DNA of 63,629 nt, the filler included, from Asterionella formosa (Eukaryota), in assembly GCA_002256025.1 (NCBI GenBank). It is 25 parts of 25 records of this genome, joined end to end, with 100 filler letters (N's around TTAATTAATTAA, not from the genome) between each part and the next. Parts side by side here need not be neighbours in the genome. Positions count along the whole stretch, not along the records: positions 27,655 to 45,485 come from NKIB01004252.1; positions 45,586 to 46,695 come from NKIB01004253.1; positions 46,796 to 47,905 come from NKIB01004254.1; positions 48,006 to 49,115 come from NKIB01004255.1; positions 49,216 to 50,325 come from NKIB01004256.1; 20 more parts are not named here. One strand, written 5' to 3'. Position numbers and translations under genes: made by a program. The notes under the pieces are model-generated. The model searched no databases, was not told the DNA's origin, and saw only the letters and a program-made list of their open reading frames with translations. Below are positions 37,331 through 50,425 of this stretch, piece by piece (the stretch's first letter is position 1; every line of letters starts with the position of its first letter).

Positions 37331-38530
37331 ATGTTGGTGCGAGAAGTGACAATGATACTAATGCTCGTTGGTTTGATGTTGGCAGAATCTTTTTATCCGC
37401 TATTGACTGCATCATCCACTGACAAAGCAAGGATCCCTCCGATGCAACATCGAAAGCAACGTCCATTTTTATCACGGCGATTAGAGAGAGATGCGGCAGT
37501 ACTTATACGGCACGTAAATGCAATGCATACACAAGAGCAAAAAGGGCAACTCGACGAACGGCCATCAATTATTCCAGATTGGATTACAATCTTCCTTCAT
37601 GCGATCGCATGCCTTGTAGCGGCCTTCGTATTGTGCGCCTACGAAGATTTCGATTGCAACCATCTTAAGCCAAACGTCACCGGATTGCGAACTCAGGCTA
37701 TCAACGGATTAGGTCATGGCAAGCTGAATAGGCTTGACTATTCTGATATTTTAGTTTCTCAGGATGACATTTCGTTGCAACGAATATTAAATTACAATGA
37801 AATTATGGAAGAACATCGCTTGGATCGTGTGCCTCGGTGGCAACGTCAAGTCACGGAAGAATCTTTTCGTGGAGCTATTGTATCTGTTTATAATGCCATG
37901 GATTCCGCTAAGGAATTGAAGGGCTTGGCGCAGAACTATGATTGGGAGGGGATGCGCAATCTGATAAAAGCCCCAATTTTATCAACTGATTTACAAGAGG
38001 CGTCCGCCATATTGAGAGGAGCAACATTGTTTCTCTCGTCCGAGGCCAGAAGAGAAATTGGCTTTGATTGGGGAAGGTGAGATTGTTCCGTTCTGGCAGG
38101 CGTATCTTGTTTTTGCTCGTCCACCACTTTGTTTCTAAATCTGGGTTTACGTGCAGCTGCGCTTGGAGACACTGTGGAGCAGAAGCTGACGCGCAAGAAG
38201 CTCTGGCAGAGCTAAATAATCTTTCTGGTGTTTTGGAACCCTTTGAGTGTGAGTTCATTATCGATATTGTCGATCGATCCCTTCGAGACATGATTGCCGT
38301 GATTCCCCAAAAGTATCTTATCCAAGAACGGGTTGCGATGTACCAGCCTTATGAATCGAAGGTAGGTAAATTTGCTATGTTGTTATGATTGCACAGTATC
38401 AATGGTATCTGTCTGACGCCGTGCTCTTATCGTCACTCAGAACATTATGGACAATACTAACGAGGAATCGTCCATTGACCAGGACTATCTCCAGGCAATG
38501 GAGAATCTACGACAGGATTTGCTAGAATAG
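37331..38530 (+). CDS. Spliced protein of unknown function (exons 37331-38076, 38157-38361, 38441-38530), possibly plastid-targeted
   Basis: GT-AG introns of 80 and 79 nt join GFDWG|SCAWRHCGAEADAQEAL and YESK|NIMD; hydrophobic N-terminus ending AES-F; start codon uncertain. Confidence 0.75.
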
Positions 38531-39228
38531 GAAGGACAATCATAGTGGAAATGGTGCATTTGACATCTGTTGCAGTAGTGACCGGGATGAGTTATGAGGA
38601 CAAGTTGAATTGTTTAATTTTCATACATGCCCCCAGGCTTGAACTGATCTATATATTCAATCACTTTCTATAACTCAACCAGCTACATATGCATTACATG
38701 CAACAATATGCTGATGAACTACCAGTAGTCAATATGGTACCTGGTACCTGGTACCAATAGTCAATTACCATGGCCAGTACTATTATACTGGTAGTCTATT
38801 GGTACATCATTGGGCTCTGTATAAGCTTGGTTTTTCTGCATGAGGCCTGATTGCATTGAAGCCTGACTCACCTTATGTATGACAGCATGATACATAATTA
38901 AAAAGGATCGAGAAAACCATGATTATGGAAGAGACCTGCTTGAGTAAGGCCATGGCTTACTGCTCCAGAAACTACTTGTGACTCAAATTCCTGTGACTCT
39001 TTACCAAAAATCGTTCCCTGCCACATCAGAAACTTAAATTTTCCAGGATTTAAATTTCTACAACTCAAAATATTCTCAGTCACATCAGAAATGTCATTGA
39101 TTTCTAGAATATAGAACATTTTCTTCAGGAACTTAAATCACATTTGGAAGCACTATATAGCATAACATTGATATCAGAATTTGACTAGATCAACTGTTTT
39201 GTCAGCACAAAAACAAGTAACTATACAA

Positions 39229-39385
39229 ATACATACATACATACATACATACATACATACATACATACATACATACATACATACATACATACATACATAC
39301 ATAAATACATAAATACATAAATACATAAATACTTACATACATACATACATACATACAAAGATATCTAAATAGATACATACATACA
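39229..39385. repeat. (TACA)n microsatellite with TAAA variants
   Basis: Seen directly. Confidence 0.95.
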
Positions 39386-39424
39386 TCCCAACAATTTCAA
39401 TCAACAATCACTTGCTCATATGGC

Positions 39425-40915
39425 ATGGCCTCCTTCTACTTGCTGTCCTCCCATGAAGATTCTACTGGTGATCCTTGTAAAGATATAGTCTATGATGTTG
39501 TAGTCAATGAGGTGTTGGACTTGATTCCTGAGGATAGCTCAGAAGATGAGGAGAAGACATCAGCTCTGTATGATGTTCCAAAGAAGAGAGCAATGCATCA
39601 GTTTGGTCCTGCAACTTAAAAAAAAGAACTGCATCAACAGAACATCTACAGTTATCACATATAGAACACAATTTCAAGTCTTGGTGCAGTTTTCAGGAAT
39701 AGATTTTGGATACCCTACGAAGTCTTTGGTCGCATCTGAAGGACTATTCCAATAAAGCTGATACCAGGCATAAGAGTGACAATCAGCAAAAAGAGTCATA
39801 GTATGATTGTTGTGTCCTTGTCTTAGCAACAATGTGAGTTCTGGCTAGGGATGTACCTTTTGATTCACTTGAACAACTCTCTAGAATCAACAGAGAACAA
39901 AGCGGATTTTATTTCATGGGCTTGCGGAGTGGATGAGTTTGGAACAGACGAGCAATGGATAGCGTTCCCTGAATCAGACAATTTGATTAATCATATTCAT
40001 GATTACTATCGCACTATTGGATTTCCTGGTTGCATTGGATCTATTGATTGTGTTTATTTCTTTGGAATTGCAGTCCTGCGGACTAATCACCCAGTGCAAG
40101 GAAAAAGAATGGAGAAGGCACCAGCTTGTGCCTTTTTAAGTCATTGCTTCATGTACAAAAGAGTTATATCTGTTTCAAATGTCCATTTCGGTTGTGACAA
40201 TGACAAAACCATAGCAAGATTTGATGCAGCAATTTCAAACTTAAGAAAACAGACAGGCATTTGGAGCAACAGTGTCAGGGAGTACTACTACAAAGAAGTT
40301 GGAACAGTTGAAATTGAGAAGGGATTCTAGTTTTTTGTGATGGATGATACCATTCATTGACGCAGCAAAAACTGATGGCTCCCTACTACAAGCATCAACT
40401 CAATGATTCTGCTGAAGAAATTTGAAGCAATCATCTGGAATTGATAAAGAAAAGATTTTTTTGCTGAAGAAATTTGAAGTAATCATCTGGAATTGATAAA
40501 GAAAAGATGTGGAATGTTTCTTTGACCTCCTTGGTTCCTGATCCTCAAAAATTTAATGCAACTACACAACAGTAAGGAGATTAGGAATGTTGTACTTACT
40601 TGCTGCTGTATTCACAATATGTTCCTTTCATAACAAGATGGATATGATGATAGAACGAAGGTGAAATTGATGGAGAGTGATGAAAAGGTCTTCCATGAGG
40701 AACAAATGAGGGCGGATCTGATGGATACACAAGAAACTAAGATAGCATGGCAACAATGATACAGAGTTTGCTGGCAATGATAGTAAAATCGATAATGCAG
40801 AGGACACTAGTGATGCTCAAACTGAAAGTGAAAAGCAAGCAAACAGGAGAATTACTTTTTTCATCACTACAGCCAGGAGGCCATTGAAAGAAATGAAATT
40901 GTCTGGAGCTAGCTA
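39425..40915 (+). pseudogene. Degenerate PIF/Harbinger transposase
   Basis: GFPGCIGSIDCV, HFGCDNDKTIARFD, RKDVECFF and CCCIHNMFL..DG motifs with many stops; internal duplication of about 50 bp at 40411-40510. Confidence 0.8.
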
Positions 40916-40982
40916 AATAAATAAATAATAATTATAATTATTGCAATTAATATAACTCTAATCATTCATGAACACTGCCAGT

Positions 40983-41830
40983 TTATTCATCCTCCTCCTC
41001 ATGCAACTCATCAGATGACGAGTTTCTGCCATCAAGAGAAAATTCACCATCAGCATTTATTTCCTTATCAATGAAAGATAATTCATCTGAGATGCTGGTA
41101 ACTACTAGATATGCTATTACTTCCCACTTCGCAAGCAAGTCCAGCACTACCAGTACTTGGTACAGCTGCAGGAAACAAGACATTAGCCATGTGAGTCTGA
41201 AAGAGGCATTCCCACCCATGTTAGTACTTGTTTTCAGACTTGGCCAACATGATCGCATCCATTTGATTCCTCGCTTTATGCTGTATGCCAATGTCATTGC
41301 ACCATTAGCTCTCATCAATGCAGCTCTATTACTCTCATTAACAAAATACACAATTGCTGATCGTTTTGACTCCTGTGCCTGCCTTGTCGCATTCCTAGCC
41401 TCATGTCTTTGCTCATTTCGGCTGTTGAGTTTGTGTAGAAGAGAATCAACATTTTCATGCAGTTCAATTGAACCTGAACATGCTGTACCACCTGTCGTTC
41501 TTGATATAATGGTATCATTATGGAATGCCCTGAATACCACAACTTCAGGTGGGTAAAAATCTTCTGACTTGACAACCTTCTAGTAGATTCGCATCATCGA
41601 TGCCAGAAGCATCTCTGTTCTCTTTCTTCACATGATTTCTGGTTTTAGAAATTGACTTGTTCTTAATAAACACCCAAACATGCAGAAGGACACCTTTAAT
41701 TGCAGCTTTGTTGGAATCTAGTGTTTCACCAGTCATCACCTTTTAGTGTGGTTGCCACTAATTGATCAACTGAGCCTTCAGGTCCCTGAATACAGCCCAA
41801 TTAGTTAATCCTTGCGGCATTGTCAAAGTG
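40983..41830 (-). pseudogene. Degenerate second ORF convergent with the Harbinger transposase (probable accessory ORF)
   Basis: Broken ORFs in tail-to-tail arrangement with an acidic C-terminus; a two-ORF layout is typical of PIF/Harbinger. Confidence 0.45.
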
Positions 41831-42362
41831 GTGACGTTCAAGTAAAGCAAAGATTGGCAAACCACTGCCTCTGTGGACTCTCTGATATTGATGACGATTA
41901 ATCGAAAACATATGATGACATGAACGACAAATGAAAATTTTGTCACAAACAATCCTTCCTGCCTTTGAGATGGCTGTTTTGTCATTGTTGCAAGAATCAG
42001 AGGGAGTACTGAAGAGGATCATGAACCAAACCACATTACTTTAGCTGGTACATTATCCTACCAAGAAATTTAGATAAAGAAACCAAATAGAAGCAAAACG
42101 TATAAAAGTTAAAAATACACAGTCAAAACGGTAACTGTATTTAAATTACGAGGGCATTTATCAAAATTATTAGATGATATAACGAAAAATTATGATCAGA
42201 TGATCATAATCCTATGATGCATCATAGGAATATGATGGTTTTTATTTGCAGATATTTAATCCAGCTTCATCTTCATTTGATTCAACTAAGGATTTGAATG
42301 CACTCACTCTCATGTGGAACTCTGTCTCTATTTACTTGCTGATAGGTTGCAGGTAGCAGGTA

Positions 42363-43169
42363 CTCCCTCTGTCCGAAAATAGTTGCATCGATTATCGGAA
42401 CCCTTATTGCCGAGCAGCTTATTTTAGCACGGATTATATAGATAACATACCAATTTTCTAGTTGAGGGTTGGCTTACTTGAAAATATGCGTTCTTAATGT
42501 GTTACATAGACATGAACATAAAGTCTGTTTTTGTCATTAAATATTTAGCATCTAAATAAATAAATCGAAAGCAATTTGACATAGTATGCATATTCATTGC
42601 ATACATGTACATATCGCCAAATGCTGTTTCACATCAGCTGGCCACTCAAATATTTGCAGGAAACCGAATACAGCAAGCCACTATCATAATTATAATGTGA
42701 ATAAAGTAATTGTCATTCGGTATACTTTCTACTGTTGTTGCACCTACATGGACTATACTTCCAGATGTTTAACGGTTACAATCTTCAAAACGAGCATACC
42801 GTCGTTTTCTTCCTTCCCATCATCAGCACCACTTTCGGGGTTCCGCATTTCATATTTGAACGCAAGTTGCCGTTGTTCACTGTCATATCGTACTTTGTAC
42901 GTATGTTGAGAATAGATAGTTCGAAGAAAAATGGGTCCTTATGCATCTGCATTTTGCTCGTAATAGCTACAAGTGAAAATCGAAAAATAGCAAAAGCGTT
43001 TTTTTCAAATGTAGTTGCCAATTTTAATTTTTTTAAATGAAATGTATACATGATTCTGTATCTAAGGCAAGCCGCACAATAGGGCAATTGAGCCGGAGAA
43101 AATCGTAAGAGTCGAAGAGGCGCAGGAGAAATTTGAAAAATCGATGCAACTATTTTCGGACAGAGGGAC
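42363..43169. mobile_element. Stowaway-like (Tc1/mariner) MITE of about 800 bp
   Basis: TA|CTCCCTCTGTCCGAAAATAGTTGCATCGATT ... AATCGATGCAACTATTTTCGGACAGAGGGA, a 30-bp perfect TIR. Confidence 0.88.
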
Positions 43170-43560
43170 TCCATAACACGGACTGAGTATATTGAAAAAG
43201 GTTAACCTGGTACCCTACTACCAGGTATCATCAGGTACCCCGGGTACCTACTCCGAGTACCTGTTATTATGCCGGTACATGCTACTCCAGTGTCAGAATA
43301 TGTCTGTTAGGCTGTTGATGTCGACAGGTGTCTCTACCCCTTGCCAATTTCGGCAATCCCAGGGCTGGAAAACCGAGGGGCAATTGCTACAAATAATAAT
43401 GCCGAAATGCGAAGATAGGAAATGGCCAATATTGGACCCATTGCAAATTTCGAATAGAAGATAGGAAAGATTATCAAGTAAATTTTATAGTACGCTATTG
43501 TTAAAGAACTCGACAATTGTGGAGGTTGTGAAGTCGCACTTGTCCCCCCAGAGGGCCTTA

Positions 43561-43673
43561 GACCTGCTTGTTGTCTGCCTCACCATCCGGAACCCAAGGG
43601 ACTACGTAAGCAAAGCAGGTGGAGAATGCGGGAATCGAACCCACCACCTTGGAAGGTGAGCTAACCAACCTAC
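43561..43673 (-). mobile_element. Candidate tRNA(Gly)-derived SINE, copy 2
   Basis: Minus strand GGTTAGC-TCACCTTCCAAGGTG-GTGGGTTCGATTCCCGC-ATTCTCCA plus a tail homologous to 23793-23855. Confidence 0.6.
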
Positions 43674-44672
43674 ATACGTACGTGGTACTGAAAACAACCA
43701 TGCATGGTTTAAGCCAAACTTTAACGCTTACTTTGTTGAACACATTATAATATTATCGCTGTAGACTCGGTTTTATCTTTACAAGACCAGAATGTTAAAT
43801 TATATCGTTCACATATTGATTGATTTTACAAACCGTATGCCCGATTTCGTCATCACAATTATAATTCTCACTCTTTCCTGCCTGCCGTTGCTCAATTCGG
43901 GCTTGCAACAGGAAGCAACTTTCGACTTTCATATGAGCCCATCGTCTGCTGTGTAGTAAGCTTGTTAAAGTGGATCGTTGAGTACAACAGTGAAACACTG
44001 AATGTGATCGTAGATACTAATTGTCGAAGTTCCGATTTGATTGCTTGCTTCCTTGGTCCATTTTGATCGCTTCCATCGTCGTTTGTCGTTCCGCTCTGTC
44101 GTTTTTTTCGATTGTATCTATCTACATAAGAACCAATGTATTTATCGATGACTACTCCTTGACGACGTATTGTTGTTGATTGTATTTGTGGATGTGTATA
44201 GTCATTGACAATGATGTCAATATTGCCACCAAGCAATGCTTTTCTTGTACTAACGCACTTTGCTACATTTCTACTATGAGCTCTTATGGAGCAGTGTGGC
44301 AATCAGACAACGCTTGCGCAGAATGGAATGATCAGGGTTGCTTGTTTGGTGGGCGGAGGAATGACTGAGGCGGAAATACTGCTACTGGTGTCAGGCTACT
44401 ACAGCAATGTGCATGGTTGAAGCAACCAGACCATTCACGCTACATAAGCAATGATGCAGGTCTAAATTGGGTTCAGCTTTTTTTCTTCTTTCAGTCTTTG
44501 ATTGTGTGGTGATGGAAAGTCAATGTTGCCTGTGTAAGTACTACAATGATTCACAATGCATATGTCTCCATTGGAACTCTAATTTTTTACTTCATTTCTA
44601 AACCAAAACAATTTGTTCTATTTCTTATTTGATGCAACTTATTACATCGCATTTCATACTTTGGTTGCTCCA

Positions 44673-45485
44673 TGATAAAATATATGGAATCCAACGAATC
44701 GAGAATCAATATTCTTAGTAGTGATTAGAAACCAAGACCCAAAACATCTCGTCATTTATTGACAAATGACTGGAGATGTTTACCTATTGACAAATGACTG
44801 GACTGGAGATGTTTACTTATTGACAAATGACTGGAGATGTTACTTATTGACAAGTGAATCAGATGCTCACTTATTGTCAAAAGAATAAGTGCTGCTCACT
44901 TATTGTCAAATGAATATGCTTACTTATTGTCAAAGTAAGCAAGATCATTTTGACGGGATCAAGGAAAGTGTGAGAAGTCTTGTTCGGGATTACATGAGTA
45001 ATCAGGCAAGAACAAGACTAGATAGACTATTAACAGAAAGCTCACAATATTACAAAGTGTAAAGTGAAAATACGTTTTCAGCTTTAGAGATCTTAAAAGT
45101 AAGATCTGTGATATTTCAACTAGACAATTTAACACGTTTTAAAACGAACCTACAGGTCTAGAGACATGGTTACGGCCGATGAGAAATCAGGTGAGACTGT
45201 TCGCTTGATCAAGTTTGATGGAAGCGAAGCTGCTTGGCATGAGTGGAGTATCAAGACTCTTCAGCTTGCGAAATCTAAAGGTTTTAGGCATGTTTATGCC
45301 AAAGACACGAAGCCAATCGACGATGATGCCTATTTGGTGTCTACTGATGATGACGAGAAGAAGAAGTATGAGTTGAATGACAAGGCATATCAGCTATTGA
45401 TTCTTAGTGTCAGTGGGATTGCATTTGGGATTGTGAATTCTGCCAAGACAGATGATTTGATGGATGGAGATGCTTTTCTTGCCTG
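44673..45485 (+). mobile_element. Copia (CoDi-like) 5' LTR and gag N-terminus (ORF from 45166), nested in the 1.2-kb repeat
   Basis: Homology to 35488-36540 stops at GGTTGCTCCA|TGATAAAATAT; gag-like FDG....W.EW..K, N.KAY..L.LS and GDA.LAW; the LTR carries TTATTGACAAATGACTGGAGATG tandem repeats. Confidence 0.8.
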
Positions 45486-45585
45486 NNNNNNNNNNNNNNN
45501 NNNNNNNNNNNNNNNNNNNNNNNNNNNNNTTAATTAATTAANNNNNNNNNNNNNNNNNNNNNNNNNNNNNNNNNNNNNNNNNNNN

Positions 45586-45730
45586 CTTTGAGAAAGCCAT
45601 ACGGAGCCCCAATGGGAGCAATGAGAGTGCGAGCGTCGTGAGTGACCACAAAATTGTGTTTTAGGCCTTCAATCAGTGGCAGCAAGGAGCCAAACATCAG
45701 GATCAGGAAGTAGTACAGAATGCATGTCAT
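45586..45730 (-). CDS. 5' fragment of a secreted or membrane protein, GPR107/108 (lung seven-TM)-like N-terminus
   Basis: Signal peptide MTCILYYFLILMFGSLLPLIEG followed by LKH.F...HD.R.LI.PIG.PYGF. Confidence 0.5.
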
Positions 45731-46795
45731 GGTGAAGAAGGAAAAAGGAGCAAGATTTGTATGACGGAGCTGTGCACTCTCTCGATCAATTCGAGGAGTA
45801 TAACCAAAAGTACTAAAATCTAATGAGCGAGGCTCTCAATGACAACACTCTTGTGCATGTACATCAAATATAAAATGGGACCACGACAAGAAACTACAGA
45901 AGGCTGTCCCCGTTCTTTGTTGTGATCTGCCTTACATACCGCTGTATGCATTTACAGCTAAAATAATAAACAGTTAGTTTACCGGCACGTATAGTATGTG
46001 GTAGGTTGACGAAAGTAACAAAACCCGTAGACTACCGGTATGATTCTTACTCCGTCGGGAGGAGGAGACTTCCTAATGCTTAGCGGGGTATACTATGTAG
46101 TATTCGTACACACATCCATACAATCATTCTCCTTGTCGCCTTGTGAGTGTGTTGTTTTATGGCCCTTCGCAAATATTCCTAATGAAAGCATTGGAAATAT
46201 ACCAGAGAGCAAATTGTTCAAATTCTTTCATCAGATAGTCCATGATCATTTATAGTAAAGCAGTAATAGGTGCTTTCATCAATTTTCTCGGATTTTGCAT
46301 CAAATGTTTATACCAGTCACATGAAATGTAATACAGCACCATTGCGTCATTGCAACAGCACTCTTTGTCATGTCCTGCAGATTTGCCATAGGCCAATACA
46401 TCTTTATTGTACGTGTTGTGTTAAATAGTCATGGTTACATAGTAGCAACAGTAGAAATAGCTTGCAACACACAGGAGCATGTTGATAACATGGTCATGTC
46501 AGCCGGCTTCAGCCCTTTGTTCACCTTGTGTGGCGTTTTTCATCGTTGTTTGAATAATCAAGTAGCAATGACAACAATTAATCAAGTTCTGCATCATCAT
46601 GGACTGATGATTCATATATAAATTATTTATCAACATGAAAACAATGTATGAAACCATCTGGTGTATGATACATACAAATGAAATTTTGATATGTANNNNN
46701 NNNNNNNNNNNNNNNNNNNNNNNNNNNNNNNNNNNNNNNTTAATTAATTAANNNNNNNNNNNNNNNNNNNNNNNNNNNNNNNNNNNNNNNNNNNN

Positions 46796-47252
46796 CAGCA
46801 TTTTCCACTGACTCGTCCTTATCAATCAGACCTGCTGGGAATTCCAATGTTGTCCGGCGCATAGGAGGGCGATATTGCTCCACGAGAAGAGTATCGATGA
46901 TCGCTGGATTTGATTTACTGCGAAGCAGTGGAATAATAACAACAGCATCAGCGGAACCTGACGTTGTGTCCTTAGTCGTTCGGACAGCCACATCCCATTT
47001 GCGCTGTATTCCTTCTTGGTCCGTCCAAGTGAGAGTGTCAAGGGCCAACCATTTGGTGGATGCCACTCGCTCGACGGAGTCCACGCGAGGGAGGCCTTCC
47101 TTGCTGCTTGAGCTCATTTTCAACAATCGTGTGCTTGAGAGGTTTTTACTTGTGAAAAGAAGATTAGATCGGAAAAGGGTCGACGAAGCGAAAGCAGAAA
47201 GACAAGTATGAATGCCTTTCATCAGCTCAGAAATACAGAAAAATAATATCAT
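46796..47252 (-). CDS. Nudix hydrolase (ADP-ribose pyrophosphatase NUDT5/YSA1-like), 5' part
   Basis: KWL.L....WTD..G..RKWD...RTT, DAV.II..L and LVEQYRPP.....LEFPAGLID..E. Confidence 0.88.
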
Positions 47253-48005
47253 CGGTATTATGTTTTTCGTCACTGCATCTGTCTGTGTCTTGTTGTGAAT
47301 AACAATGATTTTGGAATGTAGAATGCATGATGTGCGCTGTTACGACCGTCTGTGTTGTCGATGCAGATTTTAGGGGCGTTCCTATCATTCAGCAATTCCC
47401 GCTCCAGCTATCTTCTTGCCATTCGGGTACTTCTTATTCACACCCTGAATTTTAGGTCAAACCGACACCTAAAAAATGGTCGGTACAAAATGCACACACG
47501 AGAACGACTTCTACCTCGGGCGGACCACACCCATCCATACCTAATACAGAAAGTACTGATAATACGTTGCAGGGCGGAGCAGATGACAAAAAATATTGTA
47601 ACTATAGTATACACACAATATGTAAATTACGACTCACTATCACTTCATTTCAACCTCAACCAAATGATAGAATGTAGATGAAATGAATAGCTAGCTATTA
47701 GTAGTGTAAGTACTACTTGTTCTGTTGAAAATTGTTGACAACATTCAACAATCGTGGCCTGATTCTTCGGTTGACTGATTGAACCAAATTAATTCCTTTG
47801 TTCATTTCAATAACTACTAGTAGCAATTCATTAGCATCAAAGTTTCAAAATCAGAGTTTCGATGTTAAAATTGTATTCTTTAGTAGTAGATTTATCCATA
47901 CTGCTNNNNNNNNNNNNNNNNNNNNNNNNNNNNNNNNNNNNNNNNNNNNTTAATTAATTAANNNNNNNNNNNNNNNNNNNNNNNNNNNNNNNNNNNNNNN
48001 NNNNN

Positions 48006-48256
48006 GCACCCAAGAACGATTCATCGCCGTCGCCTTGATTGCGAATTCTCGTTACGTTCCCAAGGATACTACATTCGACCAAGGTGGAATCACTCGCGGT
48101 GGGAACAACAGAATAACAGCGAGAAAATTCGGTGCTCCCCGGTAGTCGAAACAAATGAGGACGTTGATTGTGAAAGGCCGACGATGCTAATATGCAACAT
48201 GACAGAAATATAATCGTTGGTCGGTTTGAGCAAGAACAATGAGGAAGAACGGGCAT
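48006..48256 (-). CDS. 5' fragment of a probable plastid-targeted protein
   Basis: Hydrophobic stretch IIFLSCCILA followed by SSA-F and an Arg/Ser-rich transit-like segment (diatom bipartite presequence pattern). Confidence 0.5.
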
Positions 48257-50425
48257 GATTCACTGCTGGTATTGATTTCGTTTCGTTTTGCTTTGTCCAT
48301 TAGTATTATATACCGGTGCCAGGTAGTCAATGATGTTCACTGTATCATATGCAAGCAGGGTGTACCATCAGGTTACATACAGGACATGCTGTACAATTAC
48401 CGGTACAAATGGATCTGCAATCCACACTGGTAGTAAGATGTACACCGGTATTATGTGCAGTAATATACCGGTAGTACATACCGGCAAACTGATACTGATA
48501 CCAGTATTCATTTTAGTATGTGTACCGGTAAACTGGAAAGAATTTAGCCTGCTGCTGCTTGCTATCTTTGGTTGCCTTGCTTGGCATCCAAGTCCTATTT
48601 TTTCATCTCACTATGTATTACTAAATACTAATGTAGACCAAGTAAAGTACCAGTAAAACCTGATCTAGTGCTTCCTCACCAAACTTTTTGAAGAGAGATT
48701 CAACAATTAAAAATTTGACTCAAGCTCTTCAGAATCACAAGTTGTGAAGCTACATACCGGTGGTATCTGGACTTTTGGTTTCCATAGATAGCAGTATTGG
48801 GCAGAAGGTAACCTAGATCTCAATGGCTCCAGTTAATTGGCATGGCAATGCCTGATTCGACTGGTTGAATTTTAATCGAGTCCACAATTCTCATGACTCA
48901 AACCATATTTATACATTAGTACTGCGAGTACATAATACTATTTTATGCTACATACCTATTAGCTACTATACCGGTACGTCAGTTCATCGATAGATCTACC
49001 TTTCATCGATGATTTTGCGGTGCGCTGGGTTGATAATGGTAATCGCACATGATGGACAAGACAATCAGCACTGAAGGCTCCCCAACACCTCCCAAAGATT
49101 GGGATCGATGTCATGNNNNNNNNNNNNNNNNNNNNNNNNNNNNNNNNNNNNNNNNNNNNTTAATTAATTAANNNNNNNNNNNNNNNNNNNNNNNNNNNNN
49201 NNNNNNNNNNNNNNNCTATTTAGGGGCAATATGGGGCACATCGAATTTTTCGGCATAAAAATTGCCGATTTTTAGCATGACCCAGCCGGAACGACGGAAA
49301 TATACAAACATGGAGCAACCAAAGAAACGGTATTTTATGCAACAGTAATAAGTAGTGTCAAAAGAGAAATACCGTATAATTCAGTGTCCTGGACCACGCA
49401 ATGTTCACTCCCATGACTGAATTTGACTGATTTTACTTGAAGAGGGTCCATGAATCTGGTGAGATTTCCTTTATGCTAGACTTGGGTAAATTTTATTAGT
49501 TTTACAGAACGGCACGATATTTTCTATTAAATATTAATATCATTGTTATTTCCGCAAAGTGAAAATTGAGAAAGTTCTTCACCTTGCAAGAAATCACGAC
49601 TTCACAACTATTGGTGACTTCAATTTTCATTGTCAATATAAGTGCTAGTAAAATATTACTTTTACAATTGTATTTTCTATGTTGTTCTTAAAAGATGACC
49701 CAAATAGCAAGGTGTCATTCTAAATTTTCATTTTTATTTTCGTCATGGTCAAGGCAGAGACAACACGATGCAGGATTCTCCAGCTGGTCACAGCCACTAC
49801 CTGTAAAATCTAGTGTTTTATACGTACAAAGTAATCGCATAATCGCAGCTAAATAGATATATACCAGTGCCTACGAGGACAAACAGAATTATAGCATGTT
49901 ACTTTGTTTTTGTCCAGAAAATTACAGGGTATTTGCTTGGTGCCACCTCGAGAAAATATACAGGGGGTTCAGGATACTGAATCACCGGTATACAGTAGAA
50001 TATATTGTTTTGGGTTAGAAAAAAAGTAAAAAACAGGAGTTTCAATGGAGATATATGCATTGTAGTACTTACACAGGCAATATTGCCTTTCCGTCACACA
50101 ATCGAAGAGCGAAATAAAACAGAAAAGATGAAAAAAGCTGAACCCAATTTAAATCTGCATCATTATGTAGCGAAGATGATCTGGTTGCCGCAACCATGCA
50201 CATAGCTGTAGTAGCCTGACACAAGTAGCAGGATTGCTTCCGCCCACAGTCGTTCCTCCCTCCAAACAACCCTGATCATTCTGTTCCATTCCATTCTAAG
50301 CAGGCGTGATCGCCAGGCTGCTCCANNNNNNNNNNNNNNNNNNNNNNNNNNNNNNNNNNNNNNNNNNNNTTAATTAATTAANNNNNNNNNNNNNNNNNNN
50401 NNNNNNNNNNNNNNNNNNNNNNNNN

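Noticed and set aside
43620..43673. Functional tRNA-Gly gene
   Set aside because: Acceptor 5' strand and variable region are missing and the anticodon loop is irregular; copy 1 lacks an anticodon arm
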